From: Monocercomonoides exilis PA203
Taxonomy: Eukaryota; Protista; Preaxostyla
DNA length: 64,000 bases
Reading direction: 5' to 3'
Assembly: GCA_001643675.2 (NCBI GenBank)
Contig: LSRY02000009.1
Coordinates: forward strand, 1,116,001 to 1,180,000
Every line of letters begins with the position of its first letter. The stretch's first letter is position 1. This document shows positions 11,908-25,338 of this stretch, one piece after another. The position numbers and the translations under genes are program-made. The notes under the pieces were generated by a model. It worked only from the letters and a program-made list of their open reading frames with translations. It was not told the DNA's origin and ran no database searches.

Positions 11908-13544
11908 TCCAGCTGCGGACAATGGTGTGAACAAGAAGTGAATTCGTTAGCGAAGTTTTTCACTAAAACCACCCATAAATTGTGAACAACACTCATTATC
12001 TCGGAGAAAACCTGTCTCACTGCGTTTTTATAAAAAAAGTGATTGTGGAAAAGAAAAGTTGCTTTGAGTGGTAATGGAGGAAAGAATAACAATTAAAGAA
12101 GAAAGAGGGAGAACCGAACAATTCTGGAAGGAGAAAGAGAGAATCATGCCATTGGAGAAAGAAAGAGAAAGAGAAAGAGAGAAAAAGAAAGAAAGAAGAA
12201 GTTGGAAAGAAGAAAACGGAATGACACAGAGGAAAAGAAGAAAAGAAGAAAAGATACAGAGAAAAAAGAGAAAAGTATCGCACCAAAATATTCGCTTTGA
12301 GATCAGATGAAGAAAACGTTTGGATAAATTTTATCTTCAAAATACCAAAAAGATGCTCTGAAAAGGGGAATCTCCAGAGAGAAAAATGAATTGAGTGAAT
12401 GAGAAGAAAAAGAAGCAGAAAGATAAAATGAAAACGGGGACAATTAAATGAAGGGAAATATTTCTGCGGCATTTACAATTCTCTGGATGTGGTTCAAAAA
12501 TGAAAACACGTGGGGTTTTGAGGATTTCAGCAGAAGAAGCAAAGGAGAAGGAAAAGAAGCAAAGGAAAAGGAGCAAAAGAAAAGGATCAAAGGAAAAGGA
12601 GAAAGAAGGAAAATAGCAAACAGATGATTTGTGCAAAGAGGGATAGAATTTTGACAGAGAAAAGAGAGATGGAGAGAAAAGATTGAACTGATAAAATTGA
12701 AGAAAGAAGGAAAAAAATGAATGGAGATGAGGAAAATTGTGAAAAAGAGAGGGAAAAAATGGAAAAGATAAAGAGAAAGATAAGCAAAATGTATTTGTAT
12801 ATTTCTCTCTAACAAACAACAACAAAAATTTCCTCAGAAAATAAAATTTCTTATCATTTTCCATATCATAATCACTATCATTCTCGCCTTCTTGTTTTTC
12901 TTCTTGTTTTTCTTCTTGTTTTTCTTCTTGTTTTTCTTCTTCTTCTTCTTCTTCAACTTCAATTTCTACTTCTACTTCTCACTCATGAACATTACCATCA
13001 TCAACATAGTCTTCTTCTTTTTCACCTTCTCCTTCTTCATTGTCATCTTTTTCTCCTTCCATATCCACTTTCTTCATGTACGGATAATCGAATTTGTGGA
13101 AGTTGTCATCATCGTAGGCACAAGGTGGACATTTCCATGCAGCTCGTCTTCAGCTCTTTCAAAGAGAATGTCTGCAGAATACACAAAAGACATCTATTTC
13201 TCCTTCAGCTCAGCCATCAGCTGTGCATCTGAAGTTTCGCTTTTAAATTCAGATTGAACGCCAAGCGCTGTTTGTAGCTGATTTTTTTGTTTGTTTCAGG
13301 AGTGAGAATCTTTGAAAAGCAAACAAAAAGTGGAAGAGGAAGAAGAAGAGGCATAAATGAAATTGAATTTGTAAAAGAAGAAGAAGAAGAAGAAGAAGAA
13401 GGCCGAAAAGAAAGAAGATACTGAACCTGCAGAATCTTCCATCTGATTTGTATTTAAACTCATGTTATTTGAGGAAGAAGCTGAAGCCGACGGAGCAGTT
13501 AGAACAGTTACATAACTTTCTTCCTCTTCACAACCAGTTCTGTC

Positions 13545-13669
13545 ATAATCTTCCATTCTTTCTCCTTCTCCTCCTCCTCCTTCTCCTTCTCCTCCTCCTC
13601 CTTCTTCTTCTTCTTCTTCTTCTTCTCCTTCTCCTTCTCCTTCTCCTTCTCCTTCTTCCATCTCATCAT

Positions 13670-13700
<31 letters not shown>
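13545..13700. repeat. (CTT/CTC)n low-complexity tract
   Basis: Directly visible. Confidence 0.9.
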
Positions 13701-13702
<2 letters not shown>

Positions 13703-14931
13703 TAACTGAAACAGCCCACTGGTCTGCTTCTCCAGTCAGGATACGAAGATAAGTACCAGCTGGAGATGAACATTCACAATCGTTTCCATTTTTGTCAACG
13801 TCATAGACTTCTTCTTCTTTGCCGTCTTCTTCTTTTTCAACTGGAGCAGCATGCAGATCTGCAGAAGAAATAGAAGACATCGAGAGGCGGCTGCTGATTG
13901 TGGTGTCTGAGGCAGCTGGGGTGTATATGCAGCACGTGCAGATTGTAGCTGCTGCCGCTGCTGTTGCAGCGGGCGCTGCAGATGCTTCGAGGGATATGGC
14001 GTTACACAGCTGGTTGTGTTGTATGGGGATGTTGTGCGTGAGTTTGTATTGACGCACTTTTGGCTATGCTTTCAGTTCAGCTGTTTCAGCTTCTTTCTTC
14101 ACAAACAGCGTTAAAGGGAACGAAGACGGGGAGCAAGCGAATATTTAACAGCAACTGATGTAAATGCATTTTTACCATTCTTTGATCTGTTTGATTTGTC
14201 TGTGCTGCCATCATTAATAACGCAGCTGGTGTGGCGATCAAAGCAATTCAAGCATGTGGTGGTGAAGCTGGAAGATGATTCGTGGAAAATACGATTTTCC
14301 AATGATCAAAAGAAAAAATCAAAGCTGAGATACTTCTGTTCACTTTGTCCACGAGTCAAAAGAAAAGAAAAGAAAAGAAAAAAGTGAATGAAAATAGAAT
14401 TGTCTTTCAACTGCTTTTCAATAATTCGTCAAACATGATTCACAAAAATTATAATTGAAGCAAAGACTGAGAACAATTAACTGAAAAAATAATTGAAATT
14501 AATTATTGAAAAACTTATGAGCTGATTGATTTTTGTTGTTGTTTGTGAGCATAAAAAAAGAATTTTCCATTTAAAAAAACACAACACAAAAAATGATACT
14601 GAGGAAAATTGTCAAAGAGAAATTGCAATTGCAATATTAAAAGAATCACATAAATGCAAACATTTTATTTCATTTTTCAAAAATTTGCTATTTATCTGAT
14701 TATTGGACGAAATGTTTATACAAAAAGAATCATGAAAGGAAAACAAAACAAAATAAAATAAAAAGTTTTCAAAAAAAGATGTGTGTTTGATTGATTAATT
14801 AATCTCTCACAAACAGTGAAAAAAGGAAGGAATATAAATACGGCAATCACTTATTGAATTTAAAAAAAGATAAATACAAGCATAACTGACTGTTATTTTG
14901 AAAAATAACAAAACATAGCATAACAATTAAT

Positions 14932-15822
14932 CTAAATAACATCAACTTCCGGGAATTTCACAATCCCTCTTGTTCCAGAATAAAACTTTGTGATTGGATA
15001 CTGCCGCACTTCTGGATCGTTTTCCCACCTATCCGCAATGCATGCAGATTCCCACTTGCAACCAATATTCAGTTTGTAAAAATAATCTTCCGAATCCATA
15101 AGAATGGCATTTGGCTTTCCTTTGTAATCGCGCTGGACAACTGTTTGCATGCAAACATAAGCAATGAAATAAGTCCCCCAGTAATCATGCTCCGGATCCG
15201 AACCAAATTGGTGGATAACGGGACTTTTAATTTCCACTCCACCATAAATTCGATCTTTCATGTATGATAAACGTCCCATAGGCAACATAATCTTGAATTC
15301 TTCCAAGACTTTTCCAAGAAGCGGGCTTCCCTTAGGTGCCATCAAAAACCCAAGTTCGATATGATACGCGGGAGGCCAATAGCTATTGAAGGCAAGCACA
15401 TCTGCTTTAGCCTTTGTCAAATTTCGATGAAAGTCTTCTAAAATAGTTTCATTGCAAATATATGTCGTTGCATCCATCCACACACCTCCATACTTGTAAA
15501 GCAACGAAAAGCGAATAAAATCAGCTTGATTCGCCAAAGGAAGTTTCTTCAATTCGGATGTAAGTGTTTTTCGATCCAAATACAAACTTAGCGTCGAATC
15601 TGTGATAAATATAGGAGTGAAATTCTTGACTTTTTCCTTCAAGTTGTGCAAAAGAAAGCGCACTTCCGGATTCATTTCTCCTTCCCAATAAAGCCAGATG
15701 ATTTTTGGAACTTCATACGAGTCGTCATCTTGCATAGGCACAAAATTATGAAGAAAAGGTTCTTCACTTGATGATGCAGCTGCAGAAAGGAAAAACGGGA
15801 AAAGCAACAATAGATACATCAA
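14932..15822 (-). CDS. DXD-type glycosyltransferase (GT32 / capsular polysaccharide synthesis-like), secreted or lumenal
   Basis: Hydrophobic N-terminal signal; VPKIIWLYW, ADFIRFSLLYKYGGVWMDAT; intact 296-aa single-exon ORF. Confidence 0.85.
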   Translation of the reverse strand: MMYLLLLFPFFLSAAASSSEEPFLHNFVPMQDDDSYEVPKIIWLYWEGEMNPEVRFLLHNLKEKVKNFTPIFITDSTLSLYLDRKTLTSELKKLPLANQADFIRFSLLYKYGGVWMDATTYICNETILEDFHRNLTKAKADVLAFNSYWPPAYHIELGFLMAPKGSPLLGKVLEEFKIMLPMGRLSYMKDRIYGGVEIKSPVIHQFGSDPEHDYWGTYFIAYVCMQTVVQRDYKGKPNAILMDSEDYFYKLNIGCKWESACIADRWENDPEVRQYPITKFYSGTRGIVKFPEVDVI

Positions 15823-18800
15823 TGAAAATTGAATCTTTGAAAATTCGATGAAAAAGAAGAATAAAGAATTACATTAAAAATAAAATAATGTCAGAAAAAC
15901 ACACATAAAATTCACGGAATAAATTGAAACAAAGCACACTTCCCAAGCAGCTGGGGCTGAAGATTTCGAGAACGATTTTATTTGATCTCATGCATAACTT
16001 GCTCCAAAATCAAAATTTCAAAAACTTCTTTTGATCGACAAACATATGTATGTGGAAAACCCAAAAATGAAAATGGCTCATTTATTTATTATGAACAAAA
16101 GATCATCAAAAGAGAAAGAAAAATTATGTGTCAAATCAGAAAAAAATTGATTTTCAACAATTCCACACAAACAGAAGCTTTTGTGAAAATGCCAAGTTGA
16201 AACAGAAAAATAAGCGATATTCCAAGCATGATGAGCAAACCTCGCTCGAAGGCACAAAAAGCAGAATTTCTGCCAAATGTGAAAATGTGCATTCGAATTC
16301 GAGAATAAATCGTCCCAGTTGCAGAACTTGTCTCGCATCGCACATCAAATTCTTCCAAAGCACTGCTCCATCTGGAAGCATTCATTTCCGATGGGTCTGA
16401 TTTTTCAGGCAGAATGTATTGTTGCAGATTCAAAAGGGAATCCATCAAAAGAGGAGAAGCCCAAATACGAGATTTGTCGTTCATCTGACTTCTTTCCCTT
16501 TGCTCTTCAAGCGAGCAGAAATGGATTTTGACGATGGTTGTTTCTGTCATTGGCTTGAAGTGATTGGCTTCAACAGCAATTTCATGAGGCCAAACGTTCA
16601 AAGAATCTTCCAAGAAATGATTATTGAGATTGACATTTTAATTAACAAAGCTATCTGGAACGAATGAGAAATCGGAATTTCTCGAATTTCTTCTTCGTCT
16701 TCTTCGTCATTGATGTCTTCTTCGTCTTCTTCGTCTTCTTTGCCTTTGAGGTTCATGAAGCGAATTTCAAGCATCTCTTTCGCGGATCAATCAAACCCCA
16801 TCAGATTGTGTTTTGGCAGCATCATTTCCTTCAAAATCGCAAAATGTGTTGGGAGCATCATTGGAGCCAGCAAACATGTTGAATTTGAACCCGATCATTC
16901 GAAGCGAATTGCTAGCCAAGATATGATGCAAGCACGCAGACGTCTTGAGCGTTGATGATGATGAAGGGAAATATGTTTGAAGAGCGATAAAAGAAAGAAA
17001 GAAAAAAGTTGATGAGTTTTTTTGCCAGCTATTTGTATTGCTCGAATTAATTGTATCTTCTTTGCCTTCTTCGTAATCATCTTCGCCTTCGCGTTGTTCA
17101 CCAACCACTTCAAAATCTTGTTCTTCCAAAAAATCAGCTTCTTCGGTTTCTTCATCTTCATCATTTTCTTTGTCTTCTTTTCCTTCTTCAGCATCTTCGG
17201 CTTCAGCTTCAACTTCATTCAGATTCGCATTAACATTCTGATCTTCAAATAGCTTTCTTGATCTTTCACTTCAGTTGTCGAGCAACAAATCCTTGTTTGT
17301 TTGGAAAGTGCCTTTCTTTCGAATCCGTCACTTTTATTGACAATGTTTCCAGTGAATATATTTTCATTTCCCTTTTCCAAAAAAGTTATTTGTTTTCATA
17401 ATTGTTTTCGATGTGAAAGTTCTTCTCCAATTCTCAAAAATGCAACAATGATGAAGCAATATCACCATCATCATGATCGTTAAAATTCACTTCAATTCAA
17501 TCTGGAAATTGTGTTTGTTTCCTTTCCCCAGCATTTCTTCTTCATTTTTCGTCATCTGTCTCCTCTTTCCTTTCACTCAAATTCAATCTTGGAGATTGCA
17601 ATATATCGGAAAAACAATGGCTTTTCACACAGACATTTCATCATCTGCAAGTTCCTTTGCTTTCAAAAGGCTTCTTCGACATTTGTCTGCCTCTTTCTCT
17701 TTCCAGAAAATATGTTTTCAAAATGACACAATCATTTCATTCCGTTTTCATTTCATCCCTCCAGCAATGAATGCAACTGAACTTGGTTGAAGAATTCCAA
17801 CATTAAATCTCCTTGTTTCCTTGTGCCAAGGGGAAATGAAAGGCTCATTCATTCGGCGCGAACTTTGAGCAAAGCCATCTGAGGGAGAAAAGAAGAAAGC
17901 AACTGAATCAGCTTCGCACTTTTGAAAAATTCTATCTAGAATGTGAAATAAACGAAGTGAATTGGTTGTTTTATTTATTGTGAAAACATAAAAAGGAAAT
18001 AATTATGAAGACAATTTCTGTGTTGATAAAGAGGAAAAAGAGGAAGAATGAAGAAGATAATGAAGTAGGGAAATTGATGGAAAAGATGAAAATGGCTATG
18101 GTGATGATTGTGATGAAAATTGAAAATGAAGGAAACCTTTTCGGTTAAAAATGAATCGTTTCCTTGCATTTTCAATTCATATTACAACTCTTCTGTTTCT
18201 AATATAAAAGCTTTATTTGAGCTAACTCAATGGCTTCCACCATCTTCTCCTTTTGTCATGCTTTTTTTATGGAAGTGTTCTATAAGTAATTGATGGACAT
18301 TTCACAGTCTGAATCTTTCCTAATTGAATCTGCTCCGAAAACTTATTGATCATGGAGAGGAAATTCACTGATTGGGATAACATGTATGCAATTCCTTAAA
18401 AAAAAAAAAGCATCTTCAAATTAGAAATCTGCATGCAAATGCTTTAAACTTTCTTCCTCTTTCACAATAACAATGGGCAAATGCATACTTAACGGCAATT
18501 TTCAAAACAATGAAAAAACAGTTTATAAATATAAAGGAAGTTATTTAGTGTAAACCTCCTCATCACCACACCAATGACGAGCTTTTTTAACATGAGTGAC
18601 TGACAAATTGATAATCACTTTATCACTTTTTTATTTGATCTAATGTTTTTTTTCTGCTTCTTAATCCATTCAGAAAATAAAAATTTGATATCTTTTTTCA
18701 TAAATATTTATTTTAAATTTGAAAAAAAAGTCTTTTTTCCAAACTTGCACTTCAATTTTAAATTTTGGATAAGAATTTTGATCAAGTCAGTTAATGATTT

Positions 18801-21800
18801 TTATGATCGTCACTTTTTCAGATCTTTTGTCATTTTCCTAAAATTTGTCACTTTCGTTACTGTCAAGTCACTTGTCAATTCTTATTGCCAAACATAATAT
18901 TGGTTTCTCGGATTCGATAAATGGAGGTTTTTTGAGCATTGATGAGATAATTATGGTATTTTAAAACTCATTCATGCTTTGAACATCGAATGAAGTGCTC
19001 AAATCTGTAAGCAATGGTGAAAAGATATTTGACTTACAAGAAAGTATTAATTTTGATAAATTGTTTTGTTTTAAAGAAGATATTCATTATCATGAAAAAA
19101 TGAACATCAAATACGAAGGAATTTATTGGAGAAAGATAACAATTGTGCAGTTCGCAAATATTTATATTTTTGAAGCGAAGGAGGGACGTGCCGATGAAGA
19201 TGATACGAATCGCACGAGTTCTTTTCAGCCAGTGAACGGAGTCTATTTTTATGTTAAAATATTAAAAACAATGCATTTCGCAGAATATATAACACAGTGT
19301 TCAACTATTGATATTTTCGACTGATTTCAACATCACAGAAACTTGATTAAACTTGCTCGGTCAAGAAAAAAAGAGCGTATTAATCTTTGTTTGTTGTCGT
19401 ATTTATCAACTTTTGAAAAAATGAATTGGATAAATGCATGATTGATGACGTTTCAAATAATCCTTTCTTAATATTTTCAGAGGAAGTGATATTTTCAATA
19501 TATTCTCAACATTTAAAATGGTCCAATCCAATTTCTGTTAAGCGTATTTTTTGGTAATCGAGTATTTTCAAGGGATTGCCGAGTAGTTGGGGAAAATGTC
19601 AGAATTTATCAATTGAGATAGAGAACTGTTCGTAATAATTGTGACATTGCAAAGGAATCTTTTTTTAAGATCATTTTCATTTCTGTATAAAAATAAACAT
19701 GCGAATTTTTAATGTGACATCTCATATATTTTCAAAATGAAAATGATTTTCCTTTCTTCAGTCAATAATCATAATTCCACCCATCTCTTCTCCTGCACTA
19801 ACCATTTCTCTCCCGATGTGTATATTCCTTTTTTCACCTTCAAGCAGCGCTATCTCCAAAATTGCACACGTTGTTCTTTTATAATTCAATAAGATGAGGT
19901 TTTTAACAGAGCTGAAGCTGCTTCAAAAAGCATACGCACTGCTCTCTTCTCTATTTCGACAAGCACCAGATGAAGAATTTTCTTCAGAAGATGTACCACA
20001 CAATGAAAAATGATAATCAATGATTCTTTGTTCTCAACATTCAGCTGAAAGATGGCTGGAATCTGCTTTCGGATGTTAAAGAAGCTACTTTTGCAAACGG
20101 TGTGGACGAAAGAGAGAAGAAGGAAAGGCCAGATTGGTGTGTGAGTGGAGTGTTTGAGAAAGAGAGGCAGAAGAAGTGGAAGAGAGCGAAGGATGCGAAG
20201 CGGAAGGCGGTGGCGTTGCAAGAGAGATCAAAGCAGAGAGAAGGAAAAATTGTAATGAGTGTGTTGAAGAAGCAAATTAGTTTTTTAAATGACTTTTTTT
20301 TGTTCGATAATTCTAGAATGAAAAGGAGACGAAAATGAAGTATTCGAAGAGCATTATTATCTTTTGAAGAAGAAAAAGAAGAAAAAGAAGAATGAGAAGA
20401 CGACGAGGAGGAGAAGGAAGAAGAAGAGGGAGAGGAGGAGGAGGCGGAGAAGAAGAAGAAGAAGAAGAGAATAGAAAGAAGGCAGAAGAAGAAGAGAAGA
20501 GAAAGAAGGTAAAAGAAGAAGAGGAAGAGGAAGAAAAAATAGAAGAGGATTAGATGAAATTAAGCAATAATTGTCAATTCCATCTTCGTGTGTGAAGAAC
20601 CCAGTGTTTATCAATGCTCCCTTGCATGCATGGGGTAGCCTTGGCGACTGCTGCATCTGCATCTGCATTTGTCCTTGCGCTTGTGCTTGTGTCTGAGGTG
20701 GATAAGGCTGATACTGCTGCTGATACGGCTGGCGGTATGTGGAGCCTGCCATGCCCATATTTCCCATATCCTCCATGTTTTTCATTGGCTGATTCATAAA
20801 CTCTGCATTCCTCGGTACATTCGCAATGATTAGTGTATACCCCACAATCGTCCCTTGCATCGGCACTCTTCCGCGTTCGTAGTACCCTCATTGCATCCCT
20901 CCTCCATATGCTCCTCCATATCCTCCATGCTCTCCTTCTCCTCTTTCTCCTCTTTATCCTCCTTCCCATTCACGCGTCCCTCTCAAATTCATCAACTTTA
21001 TCCGTGGGCGCTGCCATAACCGCTTTTGTTGCTGCTGCTGCTGTTACCGATTCATCATTTTGCATTCGCAATTTGTATATCTTTTGCCATCTTCCGTATT
21101 AAAGCTCTCCTTCAGCCTCTCCGTCTCTGTCACTCTCTATCTCCATATCTCTCACTATCTCTGTATCTCCCTCCTCTCTCCATACCCCTCGACAGCTACA
21201 CCAACTTCCCTGGTCCTTTCCTTCCTTGCCTCGTACCCATCGCTGAGTGAACAACAGAGCCACCAGACGGCTGCTTGGTGAATGCTGCGCCTGCATTGGC
21301 TGTTCTTGCTCTCCGGTGCTTCTCTTTCAGCAATAAATGCTGCTCCAACTCCAATGCCAAAGTCCTGTCCTGCTCACGCCGTATCTCCTTCCACTTCTTC
21401 AGTGCCTCTTTCGTGTCTGATTCCTTTCTTGCATAGTTTCTCTGTGCGTTCTCTTCCTTCGCGATCTTCTTTAGATGCCGCTGCATCGCTGGCTGGTCGA
21501 CTATCATACAGTGCTTGTCCAACAGTGCATTGTATGGCTCAATCGCCCTCTGCCTCGCGGGGGACGGACGATTGTCCCATCCTTCCTCTCTCTTCCACAG
21601 CAGATCATTCTCCCTCTCCTGCCAGTTATCTCGCTTCCCATTGCTTCTGTCACTCCCCCTCTCTTCCCGAAGTTTCTCCGCTCATCAGTTTGGAGAAAAA
21701 ATTTCAGCTTCTGTGGTGCACCTGCTGCGCATGCACATGTTGAATATAGCTTTTCACTTTCTTTCACTTCTTGCCCCTCTTCTTTCTCCTCTTCTCTTTT

Positions 21801-22333
21801 CTTCTTTTCCAATTTCTCAAACAATCTCAGTATTGTTGATTAAAAATCTTCTTCCCCATTTTCACTCAAATATCCTTTGAAAAAATAGTAGAACAAGAAG
21901 GCAAATTTTCAATAACGAAACTTTGAGGAACTGGTGTGAAAGAAGAAAATGAAGAAATCAATCTGTCATTACTGAACGATGACGTAAAATTAATTAGACA
22001 GTTAAAAAGAATGTCTTTTCCTTAACTTATGTTCGTTGCAATTTATCTTTTAGGGGATTATGAACGATTTCACCATGCTTTTTAACGAAATAAATCCTTT
22101 CAAAGCAGTAATTGTTCTATTTGGAATCCAGAATATATACATGTATTACTAAAATCTATATTTGATATAATAATCTTTTCAATAAATCTCTTTTGAAATT
22201 TGACAGTATTTATCGTATTATTCTTTCGTAAGTCAAACTGTGAAATTTGATAAATTTTATATGGGTCATGCAAGAGATAATTTCGTTGAAAATTTTGAGA
22301 AAAATAATATGAATCACTTTAAAGTTATTATGC

Positions 22334-22357
22334 CAATCAATCAATCAATCAATCAAT

Positions 22358-22409
<52 letters not shown>
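22334..22409 (+). repeat. (CAAT)n followed by a ~50-nt poly(A)
   Basis: Directly visible. Confidence 0.95.
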
Positions 22410-22410
<1 letters not shown>

Positions 22411-22834
22411 GAGTGATAGAGTGACAGACGAATGAATTTAATTTTAAGGGTGACGCAGAGGTTTACCAACAAATGCGAATATTATTTTTATTTTTGTTTA
22501 TTTACAGATTTTGAAGGATCGAATAGGCAAAGCAGAAATATTTTTGTTTTTTTGTCTGTTCATTTGATGAATTAGATATCAAGAAGGCAGGGAAGAAGGG
22601 ATAGGTTCGGATGGAGGGAAGAAAAAGAAAATGATGATGACGATGATGATGAAATCGAAGATGAGATAAATCTTAGTTTCATTGCACAACAGTTCAATCC
22701 AAATTTCTTTTTCATTATAAATTTGTTTAATCACAGTGATACATTGAGTTGAACTGCAATACATGCTAAAGGAGTTGATCTTTTTCATTCATTCTTAATA
22801 TTTTTGTATTTTATTTGAGTGATTTTTTATGATA

Positions 22835-23082
22835 GGGTGGTTTTTTTATCCGGACATTTTTTTTATCCGGACAAAAATTTAAAATTAAAATATCTCAAAC
22901 AAATTTTCAATATAAATAAACATAAATGTGAACATTTGTGTATTTGTATGCATGACATCTATTCCTATAGAAATATTTAAAAACAGCGCTGAATAATTTT
23001 TGAAATAAATAATTACTTTTTTTGAAAATCTGACTTTCAATGAATTTTTCTCCGTCAATAAAACGATTCAATTTATCTATTA
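22835..23082. mobile_element. Transposon end fragment (homolog at ~45190-45435)
   Basis: TA-gggtgg start with duplicated tttttttatccggaca motif; internal similarity (tgaaaatc.gacttt..tgaatttttct...aaacgattc) to 45380-45435. Confidence 0.55.
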
Positions 23083-23156
23083 TGGTCATCTTTGAATTGG
23101 CACTTTTTTCTTTATTGGCACCAAAATTATATGAAATGAAAAAAGTTAAAAACACA

Positions 23157-25027
23157 TCAAAAAAATACAAAGCTCGAATCAATTACTCTTTCAACTTTTC
23201 TTTTTCCATTGTCACGTTCAAAGGGGTCAAATTCATCACTTGTTTCATCGTCATAATTCTTAATTTTTCTGGTTGTCCTTTTCGCTTTTTTTTCCAAAGA
23301 CAATTCTTTTTCTTCAATTTCCTTTTCTTTTTCTGCATTTTCTTCAATTATCATCTTGTGTTTTTCATTGCACACATCCCTTTCATCAAGGAGTTTTTCT
23401 TTCGTGATAGCTTTTTTGAAGAAGTCGAAACAGCGAGAGTGTTAAGGAATGGAGTATTGAAAAGACTGAAGAAGCTTCATTTGAACCGATCCAGAACCAT
23501 TGCTGAGGACTCTGCTGTTGATGAATGCTTTTTTAATGACTGAAGGGGTAAATGCAGTGTGAAGGGCTTGTGGGAACACATCTGCAACAGCTGTTCTTTT
23601 ATCAGATGAGGAGGTGGATGATGGGGAGCTGTAATTGTTTGAAAGCTCCGACTTCAACATTGCAAATATTCCTCTGTTCAGCTTCTGTGATATGTGTGTA
23701 GTATGTGGAACGAAGGTGACAACGTCTATTTCGGCTTCCTTTAACTGTCTCCATATCGTTTGATCGACCAGTGATGAGTGTGAGTCAAGAAAAACAAGGC
23801 GTTGATGAGATTCTTTAAGTATTCGCTATCTTCTGTCAATGATAGCCAACAGTGGAACTGTTAAGGTGTATTTTTTGAATGATGTTTTGTCCATCCAGCT
23901 GTTTGTGCTTGGCCAAATGTCAAGCAACGGCGTAAACAGTGTTGTTAGTTCTTTTGGAAGAGTTGTGCTCAGCCACAGTACCACAGACAGAAGAGAGAAA
24001 CCATCAGCAGCTTTTCTAGTAACGACAATTGCATTCTGCATCCGTTCGGCAGTCTTTTTGAATCCAGCTTGTTCATCCTGCAGAATGAACAACAAAGCCA
24101 CGTGTAGAAGTTGGAATTCGAAGCGAAGATTCATCTATATTGAAGATTAATTCTTCTGGATATTTGTTTTCATCGTGTAATGATAGTAATTCTGTATACC
24201 ACGGCTTTAGGATTTTCTGACAAGACGCTGCAAATCTGTTGATATCAACTTTCTTTGGTAGCGAAGACTTCAGTTCCGGATGTCTCTGCATGAAAGCGTA
24301 AACTGTCTTCAATGTGACTGTCTTTTTCTTCTTTTCTTCATTTTCTTCTTCTTCACTATCGTTAATAATATTTTCCATCTGAATACAAATGAATATGCAA
24401 TTCAAATGGGACAAAATATTTTCCTTCAGGCATTTTCATTGAAAAATTATGCACCTCTGAAGATCTTTTTGTAATCAAAAAATATGAATAAAATGGGTTC
24501 ATTTTTTGAAATACATATGATGTCACACAACATAATGTTATTATATCAATGGCGTTTGCTTTCAAAAATGAAAATCAAATTTATTTGAAATCTGGTTGAG
24601 TTTCAAAATGTAATAAGTGAAACAATTTTTTCATGCTTTGTGCATAAAAAGCTTGAAAGTCCGTATTTTCCCCCAAATATCAATTGCAAACCAGATCGCG
24701 CGCTTTTCGTAACATGAGGCTTGTCCCAGATCGAGATTCAATTGAAACTTCTTCCAAGAATTGATTTTCTTTTTCACCGCTTATAATTGGTGGGCGCCCA
24801 ACTTTTGCAATAGGCCTGCCGTTTTTTATTGCTTAAACAGCATGCAATAATGACTTCTTGAAGATTCCACCGTATTTAACTCCATCTACCAGTCTGATGA
24901 TATTATCATTCACAATGTGTGCAATCCTTTCCAATCTTGAACTATATTTTCTGTAACGTAATGTAGACATTGCTTCCTTCAGCCTCTTCTGCGCCGCTTC
25001 AGCTTTCTTTTTCACTAGTAATTTCAT
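23157..25027 (-). pseudogene. pogo/Fot1-like DDE_1 transposase, left arm
   Basis: Mirror copy of 25339-27208 (FNIDESS, FLDSHSS). Confidence 0.85.
24407..24675. mobile_element. 269-bp MITE (family also at 25691-25959, 43264-43532, 54169-54438)
   Basis: Short TIRs tgggacaaaata / tattttccccca; shared internal aagcttgaaagtccgtattttcc; apparent 2-bp duplications (aa, ga, aa). Confidence 0.8.
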
Positions 25028-25338
25028 ATAAATATATAAATATACATATATGCATATACATATGTCAAAATTTTTTTGAAAAGTTCCATTTGTAAAATTT
25101 TCATATAGAATTAAATATTCATATTTCGATCAATTTTCTGTTCTCTCTCATGAAACTTTACAAAAATAGAAATAACACAAATCAAAAGATTTTGTTTCAA
25201 TGGCAGCAAAATATGGTGAGTGAAAACAGAAATTTGAAAAAAATATGATATTTTGTATTTTTTGAAAATTAAACAAATGGAACTTTTCAAAAAAATTTTG
25301 ACATATGTATATGCATATATGTATATTTATATATTTAT

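Larger units (their letters stand above)
5955..12031 (-). mobile_element. DIRS-like tyrosine recombinase retrotransposon, copy 1 (defective)
   Basis: gag-like ORF, RT (YLDD), RNase H (TTDAS), MTase-like tail and YR motifs on the minus strand; ITR-like ends at ~5955-6029 and 11950-12031; ICR at 6601-6698; homologous along its length to 56132-62150. Confidence 0.93.

Noticed and set aside
12017-14057. Phe-rich and Glu-rich ORFs
   Set aside because: Low-complexity, frameshifted, no assignable domain
16000-17900. Possible minus-strand gene with acidic tracts
   Set aside because: Fragmented frames, no recognisable family, exon structure cannot be supported
20357-21824. Minus-strand coding-like tract (Gln-rich and coiled-coil pieces)
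   Set aside because: Probably a decayed gene or gag remnant, but no motif supports a call
22359-22409. Poly(A) as a retroposon tail
   Set aside because: No target duplication or recognisable LINE/SINE body upstream
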